A stretch of 63,790 nucleotides of DNA, counting the filler, from Collodictyon triciliatum (lineage: Eukaryota): NCBI GenBank assembly GCA_043381765.1. It is 7 parts of 7 records of this genome, joined end to end, with 100 filler letters (N's around TTAATTAATTAA, not from the genome) between each part and the next. Parts side by side here need not be neighbours in the genome. Positions count along the whole stretch, not along the records: positions 38,330 to 47,806 come from JBHJMP010002993.1; positions 47,907 to 57,385 come from JBHJMP010002994.1; positions 57,486 to 63,790 come from JBHJMP010003017.1; 4 more parts are not named here. One strand, given 5' to 3'. The translations under genes were made by a program, and so were the position numbers. Positions 45,201-57,649 of this stretch are shown piece after piece (position 1 is the first letter of the stretch; every line of letters starts with the position of its first letter). Under the pieces are notes generated by a model. That model was given only the letters and a program-made list of their open reading frames with translations, was not told the origin of the DNA and ran no database searches.

Positions 45201-47166
45201 AGATATTTGAGAGGGAAAAAATGATGACTAAATTAAAAATTCAATCATACTTTTAGTATCCTTGGGATTTACTTCGTAGGTGTCATTCGAACTAAGGACG
45301 CTGACCCAAAATCGCACAGCGATTCTAAAAGAACAAAAGAACAAAAGAACAAAAAAACAAAAAACAAAAAACAAAAAACAAAAAACAAATAAACAATAAA
45401 AAAAACAACAAAAAAACAACAAAAAACAACAAAAAACAACAAAAAACAACAAAAAAAAAACAACAAAAAAGCGAACAAAAACAAACAAATAAATAAACAA
45501 CAATTGATGATACCAACAAAATATAACATAAGATTTTCCTTCTGATTTTGAGAACTTTTGGAAAATACCTTTCAATATAGTTACTTATGTTTGAGCATCC
45601 AACAAAATGGTAGGTTATCGTCGCATTTTGTAATTCCCGTCCTTCAAGATCTCTAATAGCTGCGGCCATAATGGAAGACTTCCCTATTCCAGACTGGGCT
45701 ATTAGAATACAAGGGTTGCTTTTTTTCCCTAGCAACTGATCAAAAACCTAGGTTTATACAAAAAAATGAGTTTAAAGCGCACTAATTTTTATATATGCAG
45801 TTAATTTTTTTATTACATTATTACATTTTCAACTACACATGATATGATTTCGCTTCTTCCTTCGAAACCAACCAAGCGATTTACTTTGAATTGATAATGG
45901 GCCTGGTCTTCAATATTTCTTGCCTAATATTTAGATATCTAAATGAGGTTTTTTTTTGTTTACGAATCGAAGCTTCCAATTTTCTTTAAATGTTATTGAG
46001 ACCAAGGTATTTGAAAACTTACAAGAGGCTTTGAAAAATCGCGTTCGATGGAATATTTCAGATGAGACACGACAAAATCAGAATATTCTTTTGGGCTTTG
46101 GTAAATGTACGTGCCATACTTTTGTTTTATCTTTTCCTTTAGCCTCTCTTGCTTTTGAGCCTTTTGAAATAAATATAATAGGTTTTTAGGCAAAGTTACA
46201 GCGCAAAACAAATTTAATTTTAAAGTACAGCTTCTTGGCTTTCTGCAATGAAAAGGTGCTGGTTCTCCTCTGATGTGTTTGCAAGGGCCCAATCTTGATC
46301 ACGAAAGTAGAAGAAAACTCGACTGCACACCGGCCTATCAATCAAGCAGGCATACTGAACCTAATTTATTTTTTGTTATAAATTTGACCTGTCATGCTGA
46401 ACAGTATTTTAGAAACATTCAAACCTCATATTCAGTCGCACTTAAACCTTGTAGAGATATAAGGAAAGGAAACCGCTCACAAGAATCAGATCTCCACTCT
46501 ACATTCGATTTGTTGAGTGTTTCTGTCTGTTGGCTACCTTTCGATTCTTCTGCTGGTGATTCCCCATTGGTCTCCATTTTGCTTCGGTCAGGAACCCAAC
46601 CATAACGAGCTCCCAAAGAGCAAACAAAGTATGGACATTTTTCAACTGATTCAAGACAACGGATTATAATCTACAATTATTTAAGGAAAAATTAGCTTTA
46701 GCTAATTTTATTTTTCCTTCTAATTCGTGGCATGTTAATTTGCGTAACTTCATGGCAAATAGGTTGGTAGTTCTAACCCATCCTCCATTGCTATCTGAGG
46801 ACGTAAGTCCCCATCGAAGGTCTATGAAGACGAGCTCCACTTCCTTGGCTTTGGCTGCAAGTCTCAGTCTGTTTGTACAGTAATATAGTGAAGGCAGTTT
46901 ATGACATTTAACCGTATTATAAAAATTAAAAAGAAAAGAAAAGAAAGTTTTGATTATGGGAATAAACTAACTCACTCGGGGGCACCATATAGAAGAAACT
47001 CGTCACGCTCTTTTTGCATATCGTTAAATGTCGACGAAAAGAACACACGAACAGAGCGCTTCTCAAAAAGCGACTCATCCAACTTCTTTGATGTGAAGTA
47101 TTTCATTGGAGGGGGTGTCCATTTTCTGACCAATTTTTCATTCGGTTCATCTCGTATTGACCTCAT
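39296..47166 (-). CDS. NLR-like STAND protein: DUF4062 + NACHT-like P-loop NTPase + TPR + pentapeptide + WD40 + SEL1-like repeats
   Basis: 'VRVFFSSTFNDMQKERD', 'FIDLRWG', 'LGARYGWVP', 'SATEYEV' (DUF4062); Walker A 'AQSGIGKSS' (~45674-45700); Walker B 'IFFIDAINQ' (~44960-44990); TPRs 'HPSIAFSLRNLG'; 'GADLSHSIIHGANFTGANLASVNF'; about 7 GH...WD repeats; 'LAECYEHGWGVERN'-type SEL1 repeats. Confidence 0.88.
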
Positions 47167-47688
47167 CTAGATTAAGAGTCTTCTAAGTAGCCATAGTCAA
47201 ATATGGCGGCGGTGTTACTTTTCATGCAAATACCTTATCCATCAACATGCATGTGCGAATGAAAACGATGGCACCTTTCTCTTCTAGTCCGAATCCTACT
47301 CGATTTAATGATATTTAGGGAAGTTTGCCATGATTTCAGGAAAAATTATTATTACGTATCGTGTATCAAGCTAACAGTCGAGGTCTAATTAATTTTACCA
47401 TCAAAAGGAAATGGCACTTTAAACTCTGAGAACATGCGCTCTGCTTCTTGATACATCGCGTGACCTCTTAAGCTGAATAATTAAATTGTTGTATTTACGT
47501 TGATTTGAATTGCGTGATGTGATTGAATTGCGTTTCATTTTCTCACCCTCGAATTCCTCTTTTGCCGATAGTCTTTTGAATAAGGGTCCATAGGATTGGA
47601 TGTATAAAATCTGCGTAGGAATTGAATTTCAGATTATTTTTTTTTTGCCATAGTTGTTTAGACTGAAGTACTCATTGCACAAAAATTG

Positions 47689-47806
<118 letters not shown>

Positions 47807-47906
47807 NNNNNNNNNNNNNNNNNNNNNNNNNNNNNNNNNNNNNNNNNNNNTTAATTAATTAANNNNNNNNNNNNNNNNNNNNNNNNNNNNNNNNNNNNNN
47901 NNNNNN

Positions 47907-48013
47907 TATTGTATGGTGTGATTATATATTGTATGGTGTGATTATATATTGTATGGTGTGATTATATATTGTATGGTGTGATTATATATTGTATGGTGTG
48001 ATTATATATTGTA
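47907..48013 (+). repeat. 20-bp tandem repeat (TATTGTATGGTGTGATTATA) x5.3, running into gap
   Basis: Five exact units plus a partial unit, ending 22 nt before the tRNA. Confidence 0.95.
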
Positions 48014-48035
48014 AATTTCTATGGACGAGTAAGAT

Positions 48036-48108
48036 GGGGTCGTAGCTCACATGGTAGAGCGCCCGCTTCGCATGCGGGAGGCAGCGGGTTCGATTCCCGT
48101 CGGCTCCA
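48036..48108 (+). tRNA. tRNA-Ala (anticodon CGC)
   Basis: 73-nt cloverleaf: GGGGTCG/CGGCTCC acceptor with G3:U70, D arm GCTC/GAGC, anticodon stem CCCGC/GCGGG with loop TTCGCAT, TTCGATT T-loop; T5 tract at 48114-48118. Confidence 0.97.
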
Positions 48109-49045
48109 GATAATTTTTCGGTGGCAAATGTTTGTTTTTTTAGTTTGACGGCCTGTGCTGCAGTATTTATCAGACGCGGCGTTCCACCTGTCGCACATGG
48201 CAACTCTACAGGGTTATCGCGATGCTTCCTGCAGGTTCTCATGCGTGCGAAGGCCGCGTTTTGCTGTCGGCCGAATGTGCTGATGCCGTATTTCCTTCGC
48301 CAGAATCCGCGGCTGCATTTGTTTGGAGAAGCTTTTCAACTCGGAGGCAAGCGCGGCCGAGTTGCGTAACGGATGCAGATAATGTGGACTTGGCGTGGGA
48401 GTGTGTGTCGGGCCATGTTGGACAAGTGGCCACGCTTTTTCTTTGGTGGCGCTTCGATATATAACACACGCACGTCAGATTCGTTGGCGTTGGTTTCCGG
48501 CTGTTTGCGGCCTGGTTCAAAGGGAGCCGTGCTTGATAATAATACTGGGAAACAGAGATGGACGCCCGCCAGCAGCGAGAGGCTTGAGTAAGGGTTGCAC
48601 AGGGGCTTATTCGAAAGACCGATAATGTCCGAGCTATATATTTGTCTTTTTTGATAGTGATAATGATAATTCAAAAAAAAAAAAAGCTTAGCTGAAAATG
48701 GATGCACGGAAAGTGAAGTCAAACAAGCATCACAACCCAAAACAGAAATCATATATCGTGAAGGCTCTGTTGTTTTGACACCCTACAAGCCATTTTCTTT
48801 TCTTTGCGTGTCTTTCTTTCATGCGGCAGCATGAAACATAAATAGGAATACATGAAAAAATGGTTCGTGAATTTTGGTGGGTGTCTGTGCGAGTGTGTAT
48901 GGGCGATGGGCAGCTGGATAAACCAGGAACCAACTGACAAGCACAACATATTTCGCCTTAGCAACTATTTCACTGAACCAACCATCTACCCTTGACAACA
49001 TCCTTTAGAGGGACCGAATCTTAAGCCAATCGATAATAAACCGGC

Positions 49046-50782
49046 ATGGAGTCTGGACTGCAAGGTCCCGTCAGGTTCTACAAGCCAAGTAGAGGAAACG
49101 ATGACACTTACTCTGACCTGTCGGCTGATGCGGAATGCATGTCAGCATCAGATTCAATATTTCAGGAATCGGCAAGCAGCATGATGGAATTATTAATGAG
49201 TTCAAACGAATCACCGACAGAGAGTCATGTAGTTGGCAAGGGCACATTTCCGAGCCGATATGGCGAACTATCGTCAACTTCCCTATGCCTCTCTGAACGC
49301 GCGGATGAAAGTGGACTTGTGCAGCCAAGTAATCCAGAAGAATGCCTGGAGGCCTATGTATCCCGTATATTGGGACTATGCGGTCACGGACTGGAGATGG
49401 AGCAGGATTTTCTCAGAGAAATCATGACACACGGGATGGAAAAATCATTTTCAAACGAAGAGAGCGTATCTCTATTTAGTTTGGGTGTCGCAGAGAAACA
49501 ATTGAGAGACAGCGCAGATGACATCGCGCCTTCTTTGTTTTTGTCGTCTGACACGAATGAGGCACCCACTCAGTCCTCCAGCGCCACATCACCGCCTCAG
49601 TTGACGCCACATTCGATGAAGAATGAGAAAGTAGACCAAGAAAGTTTGTCACCCAAACGGATAAACCAATCTGAAGCCTACGACTTGGATAATGCTGTTC
49701 ATGGGTATGATTGCAGTCATCTCCAGGTCATAGGTGGTGCTGAAACAAAAACCCAAGGGATGGCCATTTCAATCGACTGGAATCCACCTTCTGAAATCCG
49801 CACAAGGACACCCCAGGAAGTTCGGTATACTTTGCTTCTTTCTTTTTATCCTATCCATTTGTTCGCGAGCCTTCATTGACTCTGAGCCACGGACTCGTTG
49901 GTAATTCCTTCGAGCTACCGCGTCAGTGCAGTGACTAAGAAATCTAAAACACCAATAATATGTAATTAACATATACATAGGACGTTTCATGTTCGCGCGT
50001 CAATCACAGGATACTCGTCCATTTCAGACCTACCTGACTTACGTGTTCGCGCTGAGTTGATGTACGCACCAATCCTCGGAATAGTTGAGAGGATCGAAAG
50101 AGTGCCTGATGGACATAAGATTCTAGGGGGAAATGAGGATTGGGTGGTTGAAGACCCTGATGAGATTCTGCTGCCCGGCCTCACCATGTGTGACACATCT
50201 GCGCGTCATCGAGAGCGAGAGTTTTGCTTACGTATCTCATTATTCCACATAAGCAACCCGGACGAGGCCCTGGCTGAAGCATTCACTACCCCATTCTACA
50301 CATATTCACACCGAAAAGTGTTGGAGAGACGGAGTAAGTGGTCGATAAGCTAGTCTATTCCTTCTTCGTGTTCCCTTCTTTCCTTCTTGATGCAAGTCAA
50401 ATGGGATTTCCCTTGCAACACTAAAATCGGCTGTAATTTAAAAATAGAGGTCGGTCGTGGGAGGCTGCGTGATGCTCTCGATCCAAGACCCCACGGAATG
50501 CCAGATTTACCAGAATCTCCCGCCAGATGGATAAGGAAGAAAAAGAGAAAAGGTCAGGCGAGGAATGATTCTATGGAGCCAAGCCCGAACGGGTCCAGGA
50601 AATCCTTACGATTAAACAAAGAAAAACAGGGGCGCATGTTATCATTCCTTTTATCAGAGTGTTCTGATGGCACAGATTCTGACACTACGGCAACGAGCAG
50701 CAAGGATGACTGTCATAGTCCCCAAGAAATCGAGAATCAGACAGCAAAACTATTGGGTAATTCAGATGTATCAACACACAAA

Positions 50783-50836
<54 letters not shown>

Positions 50837-50979
50837 GAAGGATTCATTGGAGGTAGCGTGTAAAGGGAAGAACTAAAAACACATACATAAACATATCTCA
50901 AAATCAGGCAGATGGAAATCACCTCGCAAGTTTGCATAGCCGTAGAAGAAATCACATTCGCCTACCCTCCGGACACTGA
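49046..50979 (+). CDS. Hypothetical protein, possibly an Ig-fold/p53-like DNA-binding transcription factor, 4 exons
   Basis: Acidic Ser-rich N-terminus; globular beta-rich segment 'PPSEIRTRTPQEVRTFHVRASI...LRVRAELMYA...HREREFCLRISL...FYTYSHRKVLERR'; basic NLS-like 'RKKKRK'. Family assignment tentative. Confidence 0.55.
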
Positions 50980-51508
50980 GCACACATGCACCCAGGGGCT
51001 TTATCGACTCCATTTCCCTACCCCCCTCTTCTCTCCAGATACACACTAGGAAATATAGTCATCGTTATGTTTTTTTTCGGTGATTACTGGATGTTTTCTA
51101 TTTGGTTGTTGTCAATTACCTCTTCCTTGTAGACAAAATCTACCCCACATGAGGTGAAGGAACAAATGAACCGAGGCATCGCTTAGCTTCAAACCCACCC
51201 ATAGAATTTACTCTTTTTTCTCTTAAAAACAATCAAGAAAATGATAAATGCCTACATCTGTATGCAACCTACATATATTCTGGAATGAAACGAATTAAAC
51301 AAGCATATATACCATCCCTATAGACATGATAAGCCTTCTCATCTTTATTCGTCAACATGACTCGCTTGGTCTTTCACCTTCCTTTTCTCTGCATCACTTG
51401 CAATATGCGATGAATAAAGACATCTTCCAACGACCCCCAAAAAAAAAAACCAACGAGATAAGACCATGAAGCAGCGAATCCCTTCCCAGCTTTTACACTT
51501 GTCGTCTC

Positions 51509-52122
51509 TCATACGCCAGACAAGTAGGACATGGGCGTGAATGCGTAATTTGTCCGGGTTGTTTCTGGCTTCGCAGGGAAGGAGCTTTCAGAGGATTTTC
51601 TCATACCAGAGCGAAGATGGCCGCGGCTGTCGGCGATGAACGTGGGTCTGATGCCAGAAGGTGGGCGGGGCAGGATTGGCGAAGGGAACCGAAGACGCGG
51701 CTGGGTTGGGTCATACGATGAAGCGCCCTGTGCAAGTTGAAGGAAAGGTGTAACCCAAAATGGCATAATAGACGAGAAAAGAAGAAAAGAAGAAAAGAAG
51801 AAAAGAAGAAGAGAAGAAAAGAAGAAGAGAAGAAGAGAAGAAAAGAAGAAAAGAAGAAAAGAAGAAAAGAAGAAAAGAAGAAAAGACAAAAAGACAAAAA
51901 GACAAAAAGACAAAAAGACAAAAAGACAAAAAGACAAAAAGACAAAAAGACAAAAAGACAAAAAGACAAAAAGACAAAAAGACAAAAAGACAAAAAGAAA
52001 AGTAGAGTTCAAAAGGCATGACCAAGCCATACCTCATTGAGGGGATAAAAGCGGCTCTGCTTGGCTCTGTTTGTTAGCGCGTTGCTTTCTTCAACAGGGT
52101 TTGCAGGCGGTTTGCGGCTCAT
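51509..52122 (-). CDS. Small hypothetical Pro/Arg-rich protein (~103 aa), 2 exons
   Basis: ATG at 52122, 'MSRKPPANPVEE...FYPLNE', GT donor ~52032, repeat-filled intron, CAG acceptor ~51729, then in-frame 'GASSYDPTQPRLRFP...YLSGV*'. Confidence 0.55.
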
Positions 52123-52426
52123 TCTGCAGAAACGACAAACAGGAATCCCTGAGAGAATTGGTTTGTCATCGCTAATTATCTTCCCATACCGACATCCACC
52201 TCTTGTTCTGTGTGCTTCCCAACCTCACCCAACTCACCTGCCATTTTTTCTTTCTTCCTCTTTCAAGTTTTCCCTGCCCCTTTGATATTTATATATGTCT
52301 CTGTCTCTGTCTATCCATGGCAACTCTGGACACAAGAAAGCAGCAAAGAATGATGAGCAGACACATGCATAGACCATTCCCAAGCGCATTGCAGTTTTAT
52401 TGCCACTGCAGAGTCTTCAACTTCGG

Positions 52427-55207
52427 CTAGTGGGTAACTGCACCCAGAGACGCGGAGCTGACCTGGCGAGAGTACTTTGCCAAAAGGCCGTGCTGATAAC
52501 GCGGAATCGGAGCCTTCCACAAACTTCTACGCGCGCTGAGTTCTTCTTCGGATACGTGCATCTGCAAACTGTGCTTGACCGTGTCGATGGAGATTTCATC
52601 ACCCTCTCGCACAAGGGCAATCGGGCCTCCATCAAAAGCCTCTGGGGCGACATGGCCAACCATCAAGCCGTGCGTGCCGCCAGAGAATCTGAATGCGGGT
52701 TGAGAGAAGATATTAGAAAGGAGTAAGACAAGGTTGTTTGGGGTGTGGTGGCGTGCTGCAACTGACTAACCAACTAACAAACTAATTAATCAATTAATCA
52801 ATTAATCAAACAATCAAACAATCAAACAATCAAACAATCAAACAATCAAACAATCAAACAATCAAACAATCAAACAATCAATTAATCAATTAATCAAACA
52901 ATCAAACAATCAAACAATCAAACAATCAATATATTAAATATAAATATATAAAGGAAATATGTTGGTCAAAATGTCAGCGTGAAGAAAATAAGAAAAAAAG
53001 AGAGCGAATAATAAAGGAGAAAGATAATCAGTGCGTGGTTCAATATCCAGACAAGAGGCTTAAGGCTGTGAATCAACTAGGTTTGTGTTTGTATTTTTGT
53101 TAGTGGCGTGTGATTTCTTCAGGTAATACCTTCCGTCTGTGATGAGAGCAACATCATTCCCAAGGCCGGCGCCAACCAATGCCGCAGTCACCGAGAGCAT
53201 TTCACGCATACCTGGACCGCCTCTAGGTCCTTCGTTTCGAATGACAATAACCTGAGAGAATCAAACCATTTTGTACAGATCGAGTAACTACTTTAGGAAC
53301 ATTTATTCATCTTTCTGAATAAACACTATCAAGTCTCACGAGCATTACGAATAGAAAGAAAAAAAAAGTAAACCATATGTAAAACACGAACAAAGAGATC
53401 TTATAAGTAACATACATCTCCTTTCTTAATTAGTCCGTTTAGGACATCTTTTAAAGCTGTCTCCTCATTCTCATAAACGCGAGCCGGGCCCTGGTGAATA
53501 TTTGTAGATTTCCCAGAAAGCTTGAGCACAGCTCCTTCAGGTGCTAGATTGCCTCGAAGAACAAGGACATGACGAAGAGGGGCAGCGAATGGGCTGCCGA
53601 GCACGCGGGTGACAAGTGTATTCATTGTGATTAGCGAACATTCAAACTTTATTGCAAAAATTCAAGAGAAATTGATAAAAGAAAAAATGGGAAAGAAAAT
53701 CACTTAAAGTTCAAATTACAACTAAAAAAACAAACAGTTTGATTAATGAAACAACGGGGAAAAAATTATCATTCTTCTGTCGTAAAAATAGGAGCTTACT
53801 GCGTCAACGGGCGGATAATATTTTGGTTAGGCGGAAGGGGGCCGACCGATGCAAGATTTTCGCGCAATGTCTTTCCTGTCACTGTTAGTGCATCTCCGTG
53901 CAATAAACCGGCGTCGAGTAGATGCTTCAACACAATCGGGAGTCCTGCACATGAGTTAATAACCAGGGTTTTATTTGAATGTAAACGTGATTCGGTTTCT
54001 CTGATGCAATTTCACCTCCGATGTTATACAGGTCCTCCATAAGGTACTCTCCAGCTGGTTTGAAATTTGCAATCAAGGGAACGCGTGCAGATATTCGATT
54101 AAAGTCATCAATATTCAGATCAACTTGAGCCTCTCTGTTTGGAATTGAAAAGAAAATAAAGGACTCCATGAATCATGGATAATATATACAAAATGCACAC
54201 ATAGCATGGCAAGAACAAGCAATATGGGCCAACTTGTCATTAATCAGGGTAGAGTAAATCTTTTCAGTTGTTATATAAACGTATTAGTGGTTCAGTGAGA
54301 AAAGGCAGGGAGACAAAAATATTTAGAGGAAATTGGGAAAAAGAAGGAATCAAGTGATACTTTGCAATAGCCATCAAGTGAAGCACAGCATTTGTGGAAC
54401 CGCCCAACGCTTGCATGACAACTATCGCATTTTCAAAAGCTTTCTTGGTCAGAATGTCTCGCGCTCGGATTTTCTGTGTTCACATTTAAAATTGTATTTT
54501 CTTAAATACTGCATGGAGATCCTAACTAGCTGAATCATGACAGAAGGATATTTTACCACTTATACAATACAAATAAAATATGTTCATAGAAATAAATGTA
54601 TTAAAATTATGTGTCGACCTTGTCTAGAAGGTTCATCAAGAATGAAACGACTTTATCGCAGTCGTCTGTCTTCTCTGCACCGAGTTTATCGGATGTCTAT
54701 ATGGACAAGGTTGTTTTGGCACAAAATAAATCGGCTTAAAAATGATAACTTTTCAAAATTAGCTAAATGTTTCATGATACGCTCATATAACAACTCAGTC
54801 AATTAGTTAATTATTGGTTGTTGTTGTTTTTTTTTTTTTTTTTTTGGTTGACCGAAGTGGTAGTTGAAAACAATCTCATGAATACGAACATTATTGGCTG
54901 CGGGATTTGAAGAAGACCCAGGAATACTGATGCCCATGACCTCCAGACAAGTGGCCATCGTGTTGGCCGTATACATTCCACCACACGAACCTGGGCCCGG
55001 GCATGACTTGCACTCTACATTGACAAGCTCTGTCTTGTCAATCTTCTTTGCTCCAAATTGACCGACAGCTTCAAATGTACTGAAAGTTATTATTATATTA
55101 TTATTTTATTGAATATAACACGGTACAGTGTCATCAATTACAAATCGTATCATTAACTTTGAACTTTTTTTTAATATACAGAGTCATTTACTATTGTTCC
55201 CATTTTA

Positions 55208-55290
<83 letters not shown>

Positions 55291-57060
55291 TATTTCAATT
55301 GAAAATTTTTTGAAGCCCGGATTCTTCGTGATTCTCGTGGATACCGAACTAACAAAAACATACCTGACAATATTCAAGTCGCGCCCGTTGTACTTTCCTG
55401 ACCGAATAGATCCGCCATATAGAGCGATTCCGATGGCATTGGACCTTGCAAGGGCCATAACTGAAGCGGGGATAGTCTAATAACAAGGTATGGCCTCGCT
55501 TAACCAGCAATCTCAAAAATGGAATTGACATGTAGGAGCTAGTCGCATGTGCATACATATATTCAAAGCGGGTATTTGATAAATACAAAAGAGAAAACTA
55601 ATTTGCTCATTCATAAGATATGCTTAGCATACAAGATAAAAAAAACTGATTGGAAGACAAGTGTAAAAACATAGTAAAATATAATTTATCAAAAGAAAAA
55701 AAAAGTCGAATGTGTAAGATACTGTCAAAAGTGAAAGGTGGTCCAAGAGCCTGTATGAACCTTATCACATCCGCTCAGTGCAATTAGGCCATCGGCCACA
55801 TAACCCTCATGCATCATCTCAATACAATCTGTATGTATTTTGAATATATTTGGCTATTTGAATCATAGTTTTTTTTCATATGGTTAAGGTATTCGATGAT
55901 AAGAAGGCACTTAAAGGGAGGAAAAAGAAAAAGTTAAATACAAACACCAACACAAAGGACAAAGGACAAAGGACAAAAGACAAAAGACAAAAGACAAAAG
56001 ACAAAAGACAAAAGACAAAAGACAAAAGACAAAAGACAAAAGACAAAAGACAAAAGACAAAAGACAAAAGACAAAAGACAAAAGACAAAAGACAAAAGAC
56101 AAAAGACAAAAGACAAAAGACAAAAGACAAAAGACAAAAGACAAAAGACAAAAGAAAGGAGTAAATTTAAGATGCAAACGTTTCATGTTTAAAAGAAAAT
56201 CCCTTACCTGTAATCAAGTCACGGCTGACGAGACTATATTTCATACCCTCTGTACCCATGGTTACTCCGTCCGATATTACTGGTGTACCTTTAATATAAA
56301 TGAAACATGATGGTTTGGGTCGTTTTACCTTGTCATGCAATCACGGAGTGGGAGAAGCTTGATACGTATATATAACTGAGTATTATATATGTCATTTTCA
56401 TTTTTCCCAATCTTTTTGAAGGACTTTTTGAGGTTATGGGTAATCATAGCTAATATACCAAAAACAAAAGGTTTTCCTCCAGCTTTTTCGATTTTTTCTG
56501 CTATAATATCACCCATCGCGCGGATGTGGTCGTTACATGGCGTCGCATTTGTGTACGGGCAGGCGACTGTAATAATTGGTTTCTTGAAGTCTAGAAAAAT
56601 AAACGTGGTTTATTACACTATTTTCAGATCCAAAACGTCGTCAACAATACAAGTATATCTCAGCAAACAATTATACATCGAATAGTATTGAAATATGTAT
56701 TTTAAACCGAATTAAAGAGAAAAGAATCGCAGTTTGTCAAAAAAAAAAAAAGAAAAAGGAATTCATGTTGTTCTTAATATGTCACAATTTTCATTACTAT
56801 GTGAATAGATTAAAACATAGTCCGAGGGTAAGAAGAAAGTAAATAAATTCAATACAAAATTGCCCACATGGCGCTTAAATATTAATCAAATAACAATGCC
56901 CCGTTGCTTAATCTTTGCACGTAGTAACTTGTGATGGAGGGAATTTTCCTTTCTCTTTTTCAAGTCACCTTCACTGTTGAACCGAACAGCGCGAAGCATA
57001 GCTCGTGCAGGGCTCCGAGAAACCCACTGGGAAACATCGTCCTCATTTCCAGTCAGAATC
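52427..57060 (-). CDS. ilvD: Dihydroxy-acid dehydratase (IlvD/Ilv3), 5' end lost in gap
   Basis: '[10 protein letters not shown]', 'TPCNDH', '[19 protein letters not shown]', 'SGCDKT', '[11 protein letters not shown]', '[10 protein letters not shown]', 'GNLAPEGAV', 'GPGMREML', 'TDGRFSGG', 'VGHVAPEA'. Confidence 0.97.
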
Positions 57061-57649
57061 TGGCAAATTACAAGAAAAAGCGCGGTATTAGGTGAAATAT
57101 ATGAGCCATTTAAAACATGCCACTGTAAACGTTAACGCTTTTCCATCAAAAACACAAGTGAGGGAGTTACGTAATTAATTGCGGAAGATGGAAAGAGGAA
57201 ATATGGAGCAAAACGAAAACAAAAACAAAAACAAAAACTAAACAAAAACAAAAACAAAAACAAAGACTAAACTAAACTAAACTAAACTAAACTAAACTAA
57301 ACTAAACTAAACTAAACTAAACTAAACTAAACTAAACTAAACTAAACTAAACTAAACTAAACTAAACTAAACTAAACTTAAAAAANNNNNNNNNNNNNNN
57401 NNNNNNNNNNNNNNNNNNNNNNNNNNNNNTTAATTAATTAANNNNNNNNNNNNNNNNNNNNNNNNNNNNNNNNNNNNNNNNNNNNGCGGGGGGGGGGGGG
57501 GGAACTCATGAGTAATCATTTACCACAGAATACTTGAGTGAAAACACATAAATTGGTTGTATCAGTCGACCTTTCTTTTGGGCAATTGTGGTAACGATGA
57601 CAATCAAAATAAATAAAAAGTCGTCATAAGAGCAGCAACGAGACTAAGT

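Noticed and set aside
47907-48013. CRISPR-like array
   Set aside because: The repeats are head-to-tail with no spacers, and there are no cas genes.
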